Part shown: positions 23,936 to 40,103 of the stretch, in pieces | How the letters are laid out: the number at the start of each line of letters is the position of its first letter | How positions within the stretch are numbered: the first letter of the stretch is position 1 | Assembly: GCF_006345805.1 (NCBI RefSeq) | Contig: NW_021834222.1 | Location: 1 to 64,000 of the forward strand | From: Octopus sinensis | Lineage: Eukaryota | DNA: 64,000 nucleotides | Reading direction: 5' to 3' | Made by a program: the position numbers and the translations under genes | Notes under the pieces: generated by a model | The model's input: the letters and a program-made list of their open reading frames with translations, nothing else | Told to the model about the DNA's origin: nothing | Database searches by the model: none

Positions 23936-26900
23936 GTTTCTTTATTGGCCACACAGGGCTGCACACAGATGGGATAAGTTACAAGGTAGAGCTTTTCTTT
24001 TGGGGGATGAAGAGAACAAAAAACAAAAGAAAAAAGGGGGGTGGCGTAGGTTTTCGATCAAGAGGGATCGTAAAAGGGAAAGAACAAAAACAAAAAAAAA
24101 ATTGAATAAAATAAAAGAATAAAAAGAAAAAAAAGAAAAGGAAAAGGAACAAAAGGAAAGAGGAATGAAAAAAGAAGAAAAAAGGGGAAAAAAAGGGGAA
24201 GAGAAAAAAAGAACGATCAATAGGATCGTGTATCACAGTGTATGATATATGGTGTAAAGGGGAAAGCAAGTAAGGTTTATCCGTGGGAAGAAAAGCCTAC
24301 GAAAAAGACCACGGTAACCTTGGTCAATATTGTTATATGTTACCACATTTGTTTGCAAGTGGGTAACCCTCTGTTTTCAATTTCTGGGTTCATAGGATTA
24401 TGCTCAAGGTGGCTTCGTCATTCATACGTGCCATCCTTGCAACATTCACCCATCTTTTTTTAAACATTCGCTAGACAAAACTTGCCTCTCTACTCTCACT
24501 TTCCTTTTCAAGTGGTACTTGAAGAAGTTGATGAGACGAGAGATTGACCGAGAGGAAGTGTTTGTCTCCAATCCTTTCAGACGCGTCCACCAGATACATT
24601 CTTTCGCCATAGCCACAAGGATGATGAAATAGCTCTTCCTTCCCGTTTGAAGGAAGGAGGCGCGACAATATTGACGATAGACTCAGCTGATAAACCGACT
24701 CGTCCCACACGTGACAGCAGGTTGACACATAAGCCCACAGGTCGGAAATTGTTGGACACTGCACGAGTGCGTGCAGAACGGTTTCGTCGCTCTGACCGCA
24801 TCTCGGGCAGGTCGGCCCCGTGTTTCTCGAGCCGTGTCTGTAGAGCTTATCCCGAACGGGTAGCGCTTCTCGGTAGCACTGCCAGGCCAGGAATCTCTGG
24901 AAGTTGTCCGTGGGCCCTGGCCCGAAAGTCGTCCTGAACAGGCGGGTCAGGTACTCCTCGTCGACGTCCAGGTTCGCCCCGAGCTCGTCGTCGTACCTCA
25001 CCTCCACTAATCCCCTATAGAATGCTTTGGTTGTGTTGAAGTCACTCAAGGTCGACCCAGGACGGCAGAGTTGCTTGAGAGCAACACGACACTCGCGGTG
25101 CCATTCGCCCTTCCTCGGCCTCTTTTTGATCCACGACTGCAGTTCGGTCATGGAGACGAGCTGCGGGAAAGCGTGCCTCACAAACGGCGACCACACCTGT
25201 TTACCGTCGTCTACATAGAGCCAGAGATGTCGCAGTCTCAGCGCGTGTCTGCGCATCATCAACCACGGCATGCCCAGCCCTCCTTTTAACGGGTGTTGAC
25301 AGCAATGGATCGCCTGACCATCGGACACATCCTTTCCACAAGAAGCGAAAGAGAATGCGTTGTAGTTTGGTGATGGTAGGGTCGGGACAAGGTACGACGG
25401 TCAGGCGGTAGTAGATGACGGACGCGATGTACGTGTTCGCCACCTCCGCCCGACCTTTTAGGGACAGTTTCCTCTCGGCCCATTGCCGGGCGAGAGTGAC
25501 CACCCTACTCGTTATCTCGTTCCAATTCTTCTCCACTTGGAGGTCGGACCAACCAGACCCCGAGCAACTCAACCGGGCCGTCGGTCCAGCGTCCCACGAC
25601 GGAGGCGCTGGTGGACGGCATGGGCTTGCTTCTCCAGGTGCCTAGTCGCAAGCCCACTGACTTTTCCGGTTGATTTTCGCTCCTGTCACCGCTTCGTAGT
25701 TTTTCAGTGTCTCGCCGACCTGCTCGATGTGCTCGTGGCTAGACACTATGACGTGACGTCGTCCGCGTATGCAGACACGCTCGTCCCGCATCCCAGTTCT
25801 CGCGGGATGCCCCTCAAAGTTGCCAGCTTCCGCAATAATGGCTCGAGAGTCAATACGTATAGAAGCGACGAGAGGGGCATCCCTGACGGACCGAACGTGC
25901 GATGTCGAAGGGTCTCGACAGATGTCCATTCACGCGAATTACCGAACGGATGCCTCTGTACAAAGCGGCTATCCAGCCGCGGAAGACGGGACCGAAGCCT
26001 GCCGCTCTGAGGACCGCCTCCAAGTATCGATGGTCTACCCTATCGAAAGCTTTCGATTGATCCAAATTGATCAGCGCCCCACCCATGCCAGGTTCGTTAA
26101 CTACCCTGTCTATGATGTAGCGCATCAGGTGGAGGTTGTCATGGATGATCCGGCCCGGCACGGCGCATGTTTGCGCCCTGTCGACCAGTTTCTCGATGAC
26201 AAGCGCCAACCTCTTGGCTAGCACCTTGGCCAAAGTTTTCAGGTCTGCATTAAGCAGAGTGATGGGCCTAAAGTTATCTATTACATTTCCCTTGTTTAGA
26301 TCTTTCTTCAGCAGTGTTACGGCTCCTCGGCTCACAAAACCAGGAATGCTCCCGTTTTGCTGCCAGTTGCAGTACACCGCCGCCAAGAGATCTCCAAACA
26401 AGTCTGGCATACAATTGTAAAGCTCGTAGGGTAGACCATCCAAACCCGGTGATTTGTCCCTCGAGCATTCTGCCATCGCCTCCTGCACTTCCGCCGCCGT
26501 GATGGCACCTTCGCAGCACCCTGCCTTTCTTGTCGAGAGTCGTGGTAGGCTATGTAGGTAGGCACTGAAGTCCACCCTACGTTCTTGCCCTCCACTCGTC
26601 CCGAACAGTCGGGCAAAATGCTGCTGAAAGGCCTAACACATTTTACTTGGCTCGAGCAATTCGCGCCACTGTTTATCTACCAGGGACCGAATGGTGGCTT
26701 TGTTGCCCTGTTGCGCCTCTGCCACCCGGGCCTCTCTCGCGGCTCCAACACCATCGTTCCTTAGAGCACACATCCTAGCTCTGACAGCACATCCTTCGTG
26801 TTTGGCGTTGAAGTGTTGGTCGAGGGCCAACCTCGCCGCCAAAACGTTGGATGCGATGCCGCTTCTAATTGCCTCTTCTAGCTTCTTAACTAGCTCACCC

Positions 26901-27410
26901 TCAACTCTATTTCTATCTATGGCTAGTGCTTTGCTGTACCTAATCGCTTCTGCTTTTACTGCTCTCTTGAGGGCAAACCACCATTTGTTGTTGATGATGG
27001 CTCCCGTCAAAGCCCTCTTTACTAGTGTGCTAATCCGGTCTCTGAAAACCTGTCTCGATGGGAAAGACGCGTTTAGTTTCCAGTATCCGGGACCCTGCCT
27101 AAGTGTCTTACCTAAGTCTAGCGTACATGTCACAAGTTTGTGATCCGTGTAGCTGACTATGTGGAATTGTGGACATCCTATGCTATCTCTGTCTACTGTC
27201 CTACACAGTATCCTATCTAGATACGATCTCGACGACCAGATGCGGTTGCTCCATGTCCACGTTGGCGCATTCGGGTGGTCTAGTCGGAACCTGTCAGACA
27301 GTTGAAAGCGTCTGAGCAGGTCTCTGAGGCATTTGCATCCCCGTCTATTCCTATCTCTACCCACGTAGTCTACATGCGTGTTCAAGGTAGCATTCCAATC
27401 CCCCACTAAG
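23936..27410 (-). mobile_element. L1/Tx1-clade non-LTR retrotransposon, 5'-truncated, ORF2 pseudogene plus 3' UTR
   Basis: EN motifs VGDWNA, SYLDRIL, TDHKLV; RT motifs KSPGLDGLPYE, NFRPITLLNAD, DQSKAFDRVDH, VRQGCP, SAYADDV; C-terminal CPRCGQSDETVLHALVQC; stop codon near 26633 and several frameshifts; 3' UTR with AATAAA at 23941-23946 (minus). Confidence 0.92.
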
Positions 27411-27412
27411 AG

Positions 27413-27456
<44 letters not shown>

Positions 27457-27457
27457 G

Positions 27458-27512
<55 letters not shown>

Positions 27513-27513
27513 G

Positions 27514-27556
<43 letters not shown>

Positions 27557-27601
27557 GAGATAGATAGATAGATAGATAGATAGACAGATAGATAGATAGA
27601 C

Positions 27602-27664
<63 letters not shown>

Positions 27665-27674
27665 GAGAGATAGA
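27411..27674. repeat. (GATA)n array between the two LINE copies
   Basis: Directly visible. Confidence 0.95.
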
Positions 27675-28500
27675 ATGAACACATGGGAGCAAAGTGCTCT
27701 CTCTTTTACTTTTTTCGATTTACAGGATCTTGCTGAAAGTGGTTTCGTCACTCGCATGCACCATCTTTGCTACATTCACCCATCGTTTTTTGAAACTCTC
27801 ACGAGACAAAACCTGCCTTTCCATTCTCACCTTCCTTTTCAAGTGGTACGTGAAAAGGTTGACGAGCGATTGGCCAGACAGGTAAGTGTTTGTCTCTAAT
27901 CCTTTCGCTCGAGTCCACCACACACATTCTTTCACCAAGGCCATCAGTACGATGAAGACTGCCTTACCTTCCCGGTTGAGGGAAGGTGGCGGAGCAACTG
28001 TTACGATAGACTCGACCGACAGGCGGACTCGTCCCACACGTGACAGCATAAGCCCACAGGTCCGAAATGGCTGGACAATGCACGAGTGCGTGCAGAATGG
28101 TTTCGTCGCTCTGACCGCATCTCGGGCAAGTTGGTCCGGTGTGTCTCGAACCTTGCCTGTAGAGCTTATCCCGAACAGGTAACGTTTCTCGATAGCACTG
28201 CCAGGGATCTCTGGTGATTGTCCATAGGTCTCGGCCCGAAAGTTGTCCTAAACAGGCGGGTCAGGCTTTCCTCTTCGATGTCCAGATTCTGTCCAAGAAC
28301 GTCGTCGCACCCCACCCTCCACTAATCCTCTATAGAATGCCTTTGTTGTAATGAAGTTGCAGAAGTTTGGTTCTGGACGGCAGAGTTGCTTGAGAGCAAC
28401 GCGACACTCGCGGTGCCATTCGCCTAGTCTCGGTCTCTGTTTAAGCCACGAGTGCAGTTCGGCCAAGGAGACGAGCTGTGGGAAAGCGCGCCGCACAAAC
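27675..28500 (-). mobile_element. second, diverged Tx1-like LINE 3' fragment
   Basis: Collinear with about 24390-25190 (e.g. EWHRECRVALKQLCRP in both); ORF ends FSKIL* at 27720, then a short tail into (TATC)n. Confidence 0.88.
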
Positions 28501-28761
28501 GCCTACATGGTAAACAAAGTGATCATAAACCATCGAAAAAATTATTTACCCTTTTATTATATTTACCCTTTTATTATATTACTAATTGGATTTCTTACTC
28601 CATTACGACTTTCCCGGTGGTGCGCATGGCAGAATTTTGGAGGGAAAATTTACGGTCTCAGTCGTTTACTTAGTTTTAACCTATGCACACTTTCCCCCCA
28701 CTATTTGATGACGCCTGGTCAAAGGTGGAGGCTGGTGGCATTTGATAAATCTAACGAAGAG

Positions 28762-28818
28762 GGTGCTGAAGAAAGACTTTAGGCAATTTCTCGCCTACGA
28801 TCTAGAAACATGTTCACC
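28762..28818 (+). ncRNA. minimal type-I hammerhead ribozyme motif (GUU site)
   Basis: GGTG-CTGAAGA-A[AGA ctt TAGGC aatttctc GCCTA cga TCT]A-GAAA-C AT G-TT-CACC; stem I GGTG/CACC; AACATGTT palindrome. Confidence 0.65.
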
Positions 28819-29001
28819 ATTAACGGTAAGGGATTGTTTTCGTTTATTTGCTACTCCGGTTTTGCGTATGTGAATCGCAGGGTTATGTCGTATATGGAGA
28901 CCCCACTTGCAGAAAATGGAAATAAACAGTCTCTGACTGCCATTTCTAACTCTTTCGGTATGCGGCAGAGCAACCTGTTGCCTACCCTTTTACTTATATA
29001 C

Positions 29002-29041
<40 letters not shown>

Positions 29042-29106
29042 AAATAAGTTACGAAAGAAAATATAAAATAAGATATATAAATATATCTTATTATTATCTA
29101 TATCTA

Positions 29107-29138
<32 letters not shown>

Positions 29139-29148
29139 CATATATATA

Positions 29149-29237
<89 letters not shown>

Positions 29238-29242
29238 TATAG

Positions 29243-29636
29243 GCGCAGGAGTGGCTGAGTGGTAAGTAGTTTGCTAACCAGCCACATGGTTCCGGATTCA
29301 GTCCCACTGCGTGGCATCTTGGGCAAAGTGTCTTCTGCTATAGCCCCGGGCCGACCAATACCTTGTGCTGGATTTGGGAGACGGAAACTGAAAGAAGCCT
29401 GTCGTATATATGTATGTGTTTTTGTGTGTCTGTGTTTGCCCCCCACCCTAGCATTGCTTGACAACCGATGCTGGTGTGTTTACGTCCCCGTCACTTAGCG
29501 GTTCGGCAAAAGAGACCGATAGAATAAGTACTGGGCTTACAAAGAATAAGTACCGGGGTTGATTTGCTCGACTAAAGGCGGTGCTCCAGCATGGCCGCTG
29601 TCAAATGACTGAAACAAGCAAAAGAGTAAAGAGAGT
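29243..29636 (+). mobile_element. SINE family B, full length
   Basis: A and B boxes, internal (AT/GT)n, family B 3' end. Confidence 0.9.
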
Positions 29637-29639
29637 ATA

Positions 29640-32274
<2,635 letters not shown>

Positions 32275-32279
32275 ATATG

Positions 32280-32830
32280 TTTTTCTCTGGTAATTATACT
32301 ATTGTTCTCTTTTGCCGAACCGTTAGTTACAGGCACATACACAAACCAACACTGGTTATCAAGCGATGGTGTCGGACAAATGCAAACGGACACACACACG
32401 CACATATTTATATACTAAATGAAGTCCGTCGTATATATAATTTTATTTCATCTATAATTTTATTTCAGCTTACGAGCTGTGGCCATGCTGGGGCACCGCC
32501 ATTCAAAAAATTAACGATATCTGTCAGATGTATGTATGTATGTATGTATGTATGTATGTACGTACGTATGTAAGTATATATATATAGATTCAGATGAAAA
32601 TGGTACTTAAGTTGAGGCACCAGAATTTAGTACGGTATTATCCATACAATTTCAAAACGACGGATCTCCTTTAGTTTTCGTCTGCCAAACTAGAAAATCC
32701 CTTGGCAAGTAGGCTTTGGTCGATCCGAGTCTATAGTAGAAGACACTTGTCTAAGCTGCCGCACAATGTGGGACTGAACCCGCAACCATGTGGTTGGAAA
32801 GCAAATTACTTAACCACACAACCACGCATG
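32280..32830 (-). mobile_element. fragments of SINE family B
   Basis: Middle, 3' and head segments at about 32280-32400, 32445-32505 and 32660-32830. Confidence 0.7.
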
Positions 32831-33565
32831 CACCAAAACATATATTGCATTGCCTAAAACTATTTATATTATTTACTATTTGTTATTTAATTAAACGCCA
32901 CGCATCCATTTCCAAGTAAAGTTATTTTCCCCTTTTTGATGCGACTCTCTTCTCTATACTGTTTTCTCCCTCATCCCTTTTTAATTCTCTTTTTCTCTCC
33001 ATTCATTCTTTCAACATTTTCTATCTGTCTCTCTCTCTCCTCCTTCTCTTTCTCTCCCTCTCATTGCTCACACGTGACCATCGTCCATCTTTCTTTTCCT
33101 TGCGGGACCATCTTTCTTTTTCTGCACAGTCGTTCAAAAGAACGGACGTTTTTTCTCTCTTCTATCTTTTCTCTTTAAAGAAAAAACGTTTCTCTCAGCA
33201 TTCACTATTTTCCTCTCGTTCTGGTCTAACGACCCACCATGTTCGTTTTCGTTCGGTTTCCTTGTGTATATAAATACAGTGTACATTTAAACGCATAAGA
33301 GGTAACCAACATAGGAAACCTAGCACGCTACAAGGAATAGCCAAAATTCAAACCACTATTAGGGATAAATTTCGAAGGGAATCAAAAATAAAAATATTTA
33401 CCTTCTATCTTCTGGGCCATGGTTTCTAACTCTATATTAGCAAGTAAAATAATTTGCCAGGCTTTTTCACTTCCCGAGCGTTAAACTCATACATCCGTTT
33501 GTTGTCTACACCACCTCTCTTCGTTTTTGGTTTTTTTTTTGTGAATTCCCCCTATATATACATAC

Positions 33566-33614
<49 letters not shown>

Positions 33615-33616
<2 letters not shown>

Positions 33617-33794
33617 TACAGATATAGGGTGAAAGATTATTAATTTAATAAAATCAACAAATTTTACCTAGTAGTTTTTTAGTATGGAAAAAGACCGTAT
33701 TCGGTAAATCTTATACAAAAAGTTTTTTTAGATATAATTATAACAATAAAGGTTATAATGTGGTCAAGCAACTTGTGCTAAACCCTTATTGTTA

Positions 33795-33854
<60 letters not shown>

Positions 33855-34039
33855 TATATATTACAGATAAAGGGTGAAATATAATTAATTAATAAAATCA
33901 ACAAATTTTACCTAGTAGTTTTTTAGTATGGAAAAAGACCGTATTCGGTAAATCTTATACAAAAAGTTTTTTTAGATATAATTATAACAATAAAGGTTAT
34001 AATGTGGTCAAGCAACTTGTTGCTAAACCCTTATTGTTA

Positions 34040-34089
<50 letters not shown>

Positions 34090-34250
34090 TATATATTACA
34101 GATAAAGGGTGAAATATAATTAATTTAATAAATAAAAATCAACAAATTTCACCTAGTAGTATATTCGGTATGGAAAAGGACCATATTCGGTAAAAGTTCA
34201 TATAATTATAACAATAAGGGTCATTGCAACAAGTTGCTTGACCACATACC
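33615..34250. repeat. three ~240-bp direct repeats separated by (TA)n, with internal inverted segments
   Basis: ATTACAGATA(T/A)AGGGTGAAA starts at 33615, 33860 and 34095; 34002-34046 is inverted relative to 34202-34247. Confidence 0.9.
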
Positions 34251-34365
34251 GAAAATTTCCTTTTACTACAAAAATATGTCTCCACAGACAACAATATTTG
34301 CAACTCATATATGGCAAAAAAAGAAGAAAAATAACGAAATCAAACAATCCACGGTCAATTATAAT

Positions 34366-34402
<37 letters not shown>

Positions 34403-34699
34403 ATGTGTACTTATATAAGTCTAATTCATAACTGTCAGGCAAATACATTTTGTCTGACTTACGGTTATGGATTACATATCTTGACGCTGAGCCTAAATGG
34501 TTTGTTAGTGCTCTTTTGAAAGTGTCACGTCCGTGAACACACACACATTCGCAAAGCCCGTACACACGCGCACTCACACACATAATGGTTCGCCTTTAAT
34601 CTTATCGGAATCGATCAATTAAGTACCCTGTTATTGTAGGGTGGCAGTGTTTATCTGGAAGCGAAAATCTGACAGGCGACATTTGTATCGTTTTATCGC

Positions 34700-34904
34700 T
34701 TTATCTTTTATTTGTTTCAGTTATTAAACTGCGGCCATGCTGGGTCACTGGCTTGGAGCGATTTTAGCCGAGTCGAACTAATCCCTTTTAAAAGCCTGAT
34801 ACTTATTCTGTCGGACTCTCTTGCTGAACCGCAAAGTTACGAAGTCGTAAACAAACCAACGCCGGTTGTCAAGCGGTTGTGGGTGGACAAGCACAGGTAT
34901 AAAG

Positions 34905-34946
<42 letters not shown>

Positions 34947-35130
34947 CACACATACACACTCATGCACACACCCATACATACACGCGTGCTCCTTTCAGTT
35001 TCAAATCCATTCATCCAGTCTACCAAACACCCCTCACAAGGATTTGGTCGGCCCGAGCTATAGTAGAAAACACTTGCCCAAGGTGCCACGCAGTGGGACT
35101 GACACAGAACCATGTGGTTCGGAAGCAACC
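34700..35130 (-). mobile_element. SINE family B (duplicated at about 38525-38960)
   Basis: Family B segments in reverse orientation. Confidence 0.8.
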
Positions 35131-35299
35131 TACTTTATTGCATAATATTTGCCATAAGGCAATACATAGAGGGGACGGACAAAGACAGACAAACATAAAA
35201 GGGTGAAGTAGCTTGAAACGATTAAAAATTAACGATGATTATCATACAGATGAAATTAAAAATGAATACAATTGCTAAAAGCAATGTCTAACATGGAGG

Positions 35300-36267
35300 A
35301 AAGGCGTCCTACTCTAGAGTAAGACCTTTGCTTTCTTTCCGTGGCTCTGCTCACTTGGTGCCAGTTACTCCCAGCTTTCTCTCGACAAGCTCCCATCTTT
35401 TTCTGAATCTTTCACGTGACAGGTACCTCTTCTCCAGTCTGATCTTACTGCTGAGGTGGTAACTAAAAAAGTTGACCAACCCCTGGCCAGATACGAAGGT
35501 ACCCATCACAATCTCTATCAACCCTAGGATCCTTCGGTGAGCACCCGTTGTTGCTCATCTTCTTCCTCTTGCGGCCCTTCTTTGAGGAGTTCTCCGTCTT
35601 CTCAGCCGCCTTCGTTCCTTCTTCAACAGAAGTCTCAATCAACTGCTCCATGCTTTGTTCCTGAGTACAGTTTTTCTTTATATGGCCAGGCTCTAGGCAC
35701 CGATAGCACCTGTAGGAGGGGGGCACCTTCAAGAATCACCGGGTACCTGCACCCAGCCATTTTCAAAAAATCTAGCATAACCAGGTTCATGGCTGATTGG
35801 GTCCACCGGATCAAAGCAGCTTTTGATCCAACCAATCAGCCGCAGGAAGAATTTTCTATTGAGGAGCCTAGCTCCGCTGTCACCCAGACCCCGACGGATA
35901 GTATCCACTGGGGTTCAATTCCGAGTGGCAAACCACAGACCCAAGCCCTCGTCAATTTTTTTTCCCATCATAAGTGGGAAGAAACAAAATTTCTTTACCC
36001 TCAAGGGGCTGGCTCGCAAAACAAGAGTCTCCTCTGGGGTGTCAAACAGCAACCACACCGTTGCATATTTGACACCCCTAGAGATATACTTAATGGTTGG
36101 CAGATGTTCCGCCAACTCCTGCTCAATCATCTGCTTGGAGAAGACGGTATGGTGTCGAGAACCTTCGAATACGTTCTCAACACCACCGTCCTCTCCTCTT
36201 GCTGTCTGAGCCACTCATTAGGTGGGACAATCTCTCACTCTACAATCTTATCCGTATTTTTTGCCAT
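35300..36267 (-). pseudogene. Tx1/L1-type ORF1 (gag-like, CCHC knuckle), copy A
   Basis: ATG at 36267, TGA at codon 11; RRM-like WVCGLPLGIEPQWI; RYPVILEGAP followed by CYRCLEPGHIKKNC (35667-35708); basic tail KKGRKRKK; frameshifted. Confidence 0.7.
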
Positions 36268-36499
36268 GTTTTAAATTAAAAAGTAAAAAGTTCAAAAGAA
36301 TAGTTCACACAAATTCAAAAAGAAAAGAGAGAAATCAAAAGGAAACAAAAGAGAAAAAGAAAAAAAGCAAGAGCAGTTCAATAAAAAAGTCACAATAGAA
36401 GAAGAAAACAACAGTTCAAAAAAAAAAAACACAGCAAAAAATCTTCTGGGAATTCAGGTAGTTAAAACCCTATGGTACTCCGATTAGAACCTGGACTGC

Positions 36500-36785
36500 A
36501 CCACTTGAAATTCAGCTTTCCAATTATTGGTAAATGTAGTTATAAAAATACACACTATTTACAAACAGCGAGTAACTTTTGGTGGCAGGATACGTCACCA
36601 AACTATACTTCTCACGATGAGAAAAAATTTTCACTTTATGTGAACACTTGAAATACAGCTTTCCAATAAATGGTAAATGTTGTATAAACATACATTATTA
36701 AAAAAGTGAACAACTTTTGGTTGAAGGATACGCCCACCAAACTGTACTTCTCACAATGAGAAAAAATTTTCATTAAATGTGAACA
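36500..36785. repeat. two ~143-bp tandem repeats upstream of ORF1 (probable 5' UTR repeats; duplicated at about 40335-40612)
   Basis: CACTTGAAAT(T/A)CAGCTTTCCAAT...GAGAAAAAATTTTCA..ATGTGAA occurs twice. Confidence 0.8.
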
Positions 36786-38178
36786 ATATTGCTGAACCGC
36801 AAGCAGACCAACATCCTCAATCCAGTGAGGACTCCTTGTTTTTAAAAAATATAACTACAGACAACAACCCCCACTGGACCTAAGAGACAAAAGTCTTACC
36901 CTGCAGCAATTTCTTTTGGCAGGCTAAACACTGCCGGCTATCTTCTTCAGTGCACAGCACAATCACACATGTGTACGCTGACAACAAAGACTCATGGGAA
37001 GTCCCAAAGACTCATGGGAAGTATGCAGGCTACTTAGCAGGCAAGCTACTTACCACACAACTACGCCTGTATAATTAGTGGCAAATATAAACCCAAAGAT
37101 TTATGAATTATGTTAATGAATTATGAATAAACTTAAAAATCTCTCCCTCCTCCGCAACTGTAAGATGGTAAATAAGCAACATAAACTCCAATTTCTGACA
37201 TTCACGGACTGGATATGAATCTGAAACCTGTCATATGCTGGGTGACCGTTTAACACCAACGCCAGCCATTGATATTATGTCATGTACGTCACGTGGTAAA
37301 TATCACTGAATTGGTGGCAGCTCTTTGTATCAAGAATTGCCAATGTTTTATAAACATCTGACATATATGAAGGTTTGTGGCTCTCGGTTCATTCATCCCT
37401 GTCACGTCTCGTTGTCATGTATAGCAAGCGTGGGGGTGCGGTAGAACAACTACTAAACCTAAAAAAATTAACAACTCTATCTACCTAAATAACAACTCTA
37501 CCTAACTACCTACCTACCTACCTACCTACCTACCTACCTACCTACATACATACATACATACATACATACATAATACATGCATACATACCTACCTACGTAC
37601 CTACATACCTACTTACCTACCTGCCTGCCTGCCTGCCTGCCTGCATGCCTACCTACCTACGTACCTACCTACGTACCTATCTATGTACCTACCTACGTAC
37701 CTACCTACGTACCTACGTACCTACTGGCCTACCTACCTACCTACCTACCTACCTACCTACCTACCAACCAACCTATCTATCTATCTATCTGTCTGTCTAT
37801 CTATATGTATATGTCTCTCTCTTTCTTTCTCTCTCCTCTCTCTCCTCTCTATATATATTATATATATATATATATATTATATATATTATAATATATATAC
37901 ACACATATATATATTAAGATAAAGGGTGAAATATAATTAATGTAATAATAAATCAACAAATTTCACCTAGTAGTATATTCGGTAGAAAAGGACCTATTCG
38001 GTAAAAGTTCATATAATTATAACAATAAGGGTCATTGCAACAAGTTGCTTGACCACATACCGAAAATTTCCTTTTACTACAAAAATATGTCTCCACAGAC
38101 AACAATATTTGCAACTCATATATGGCAAAAAAAAGGAAGAAAAATAACGAAATCAAACAATCCACGGTCAATTATAAT

Positions 38179-38217
<39 letters not shown>

Positions 38218-38736
38218 ATGTGTACTTATATAAGTCTAATTCATAACTGTCAGGCAAATACATTTTGTCTGACTTACGGTTATGGATTACATATCTTGAC
38301 GCTGAGCCTAAATGGTTTGTTAATGCTCTTTTGAAGTGTCACGTCCGTGAACACACACACATTCGCAAAGCCCGTACACACGCGCACTCACACACATAAT
38401 GGTTCGCCTTTAATCTTATCGGAATCGATCAATTAAGTACCCTGTTATTGTAGGGTGGCAGTTGTTTATCTGGAAGCGAAAATCTGACAGGCGACATTGT
38501 ATCGTTTATTTCGTTTAATAATCGCTTTATCTTCTTTTATTTGTTTCAGTTATTAAACTGCGGCCATGCTGGGTCACTGGCTTGGAGCGATTTTAGCCGA
38601 GTCGAACTAATCCCTTTTAAAAGCCTGATACTTATTCTGTCGGACTCTCTTGCTGAACCGCAATTTACGAAGGGTCGTAAACAAACCACGCCGGTTGTCA
38701 AGCGCGTTGTGGTGGACAAGCACAGGTATAAAGACA

Positions 38737-38778
<42 letters not shown>

Positions 38779-39139
38779 ACATACACACTCATGCACACAC
38801 CCATACATACGACGTGCTCCTTTCAGTTTCAAATCCATTCATCCAGTCTACCAAACCCACTCACAAGGATTTGGTCGGCCCGAGGCTATAGTAGAAGACA
38901 CTTGCCCAAGGTGCCACGCAGTGGGACTGAACACAGAACCATGTGGTTCGGAAGCAACCTACTTTATTGCATAATATTTGCCATAAGGCAATACATAGAG
39001 GGGACGGACAAAGACAGACAAACATAAAAGGGTGAAGTAGCTTGAAACGATTAAAAATTAACGATGATTATCATACAGATGAAATTAAAAATGAATACAA
39101 TTGCTAAAAGCAATGTCTAAACATGGGGAAAGGCGTCCT

Positions 39140-40103
39140 ACTCTAGAGTAAGACCTTTGCTTTCTTTCCGTGGCTCTGCTCACTTGGTGCCAGTTACTCC
39201 ACAGCTTTCTCTCTCTCGACAAGCTCCCATCTTTTTCTGAATCTTCACGTGACAGGTACCTCTTCTCCAGTCTGATCTTACTGCTGAGGTGGTAACTAAA
39301 AAAGTTGACCACCCCTGCCAGATACGAAGGTACCCATCACAATCTCTATCATCCACACTAGGATCCTTCGGTGAGCACCGTTGTTGCTCATCTTCTTCCC
39401 TTGCGGCCCTTCTTTGAGGAGTTCTCCGTCTTCTCAGCCGCCTTCGTTTCCTTCTCAACAGAAGTCTCAATCAACTGCTCCATGCTTTGTTCCTGAGTAC
39501 AGTTTTTCTTTATATGGCCAGGCTCTAGGCACCGATAGCACCTGTAGGAGGGGGGCACCTTCAAGAATCACCGGGTACCTGCACCCAGCCATTTTCAAAA
39601 AATCTAGCATAACCAGGTTCATGGCTGATTGGGTCCACCGGATCAAAGCAGCTTTTGATCCAACCCAATCAGCCGCAGGAAGAATTTTCCTATTGAGGAG
39701 CCTAGCTCCGCTGTCACCCAGACCCCGACGGATAGTATCCACTGGGGTTCAATTCCGAGTGGCAAACCACAGACCCAAGCCCTCGTCAATTTTTTTTCCC
39801 ATCATAAGTGGGAAGAAACAAAATTTCTTTACCCTCAAGGGGCTGGCTCGCAAAACAGAGAGTCTCCTCTGGGGTGTCAAACAGCAACCACACCGTTGCA
39901 TATTTGACACCCCTAGAGATATACTTAATGGTTGGCAGATGTTCCGCCAACTCCTGCTCAATCATCTGCTTGGAGAAGACGGTAATGGTGTCGAGAACCT
40001 TCGAATACGTTCTCAACACCACCGTCCTCTCCTCTTGCTGTCTGAGCCACTCATTAGGTGGGACAATCTCTCACTCTACAATCTTATCCGTATTTTTTGC
40101 CAT
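39140..40103 (-). pseudogene. Tx1/L1-type ORF1, copy B
   Basis: Same features as copy A; CCHC at 39499-39540; same TGA at codon 11 but different indels. Confidence 0.7.

Noticed and set aside
24647-27143. Plus-strand ORFs overlapping the LINE (e.g. 25483-26010, 26691-27143)
   Set aside because: Antisense shadows of the GC-rich LINE ORF2 with no independent motifs.
35537-36274. 245-aa plus-strand ORF (and the 244-aa ORF at 39381-40115)
   Set aside because: Antisense to the Tx1-type ORF1; recognisable motifs (CCHC) are on the minus strand.
36900-36950. Hammerhead on the minus strand upstream of ORF1 (CTGAAGA...GAAA)
   Set aside because: Stem II is not adjacent to the core, and stems III and I do not close.
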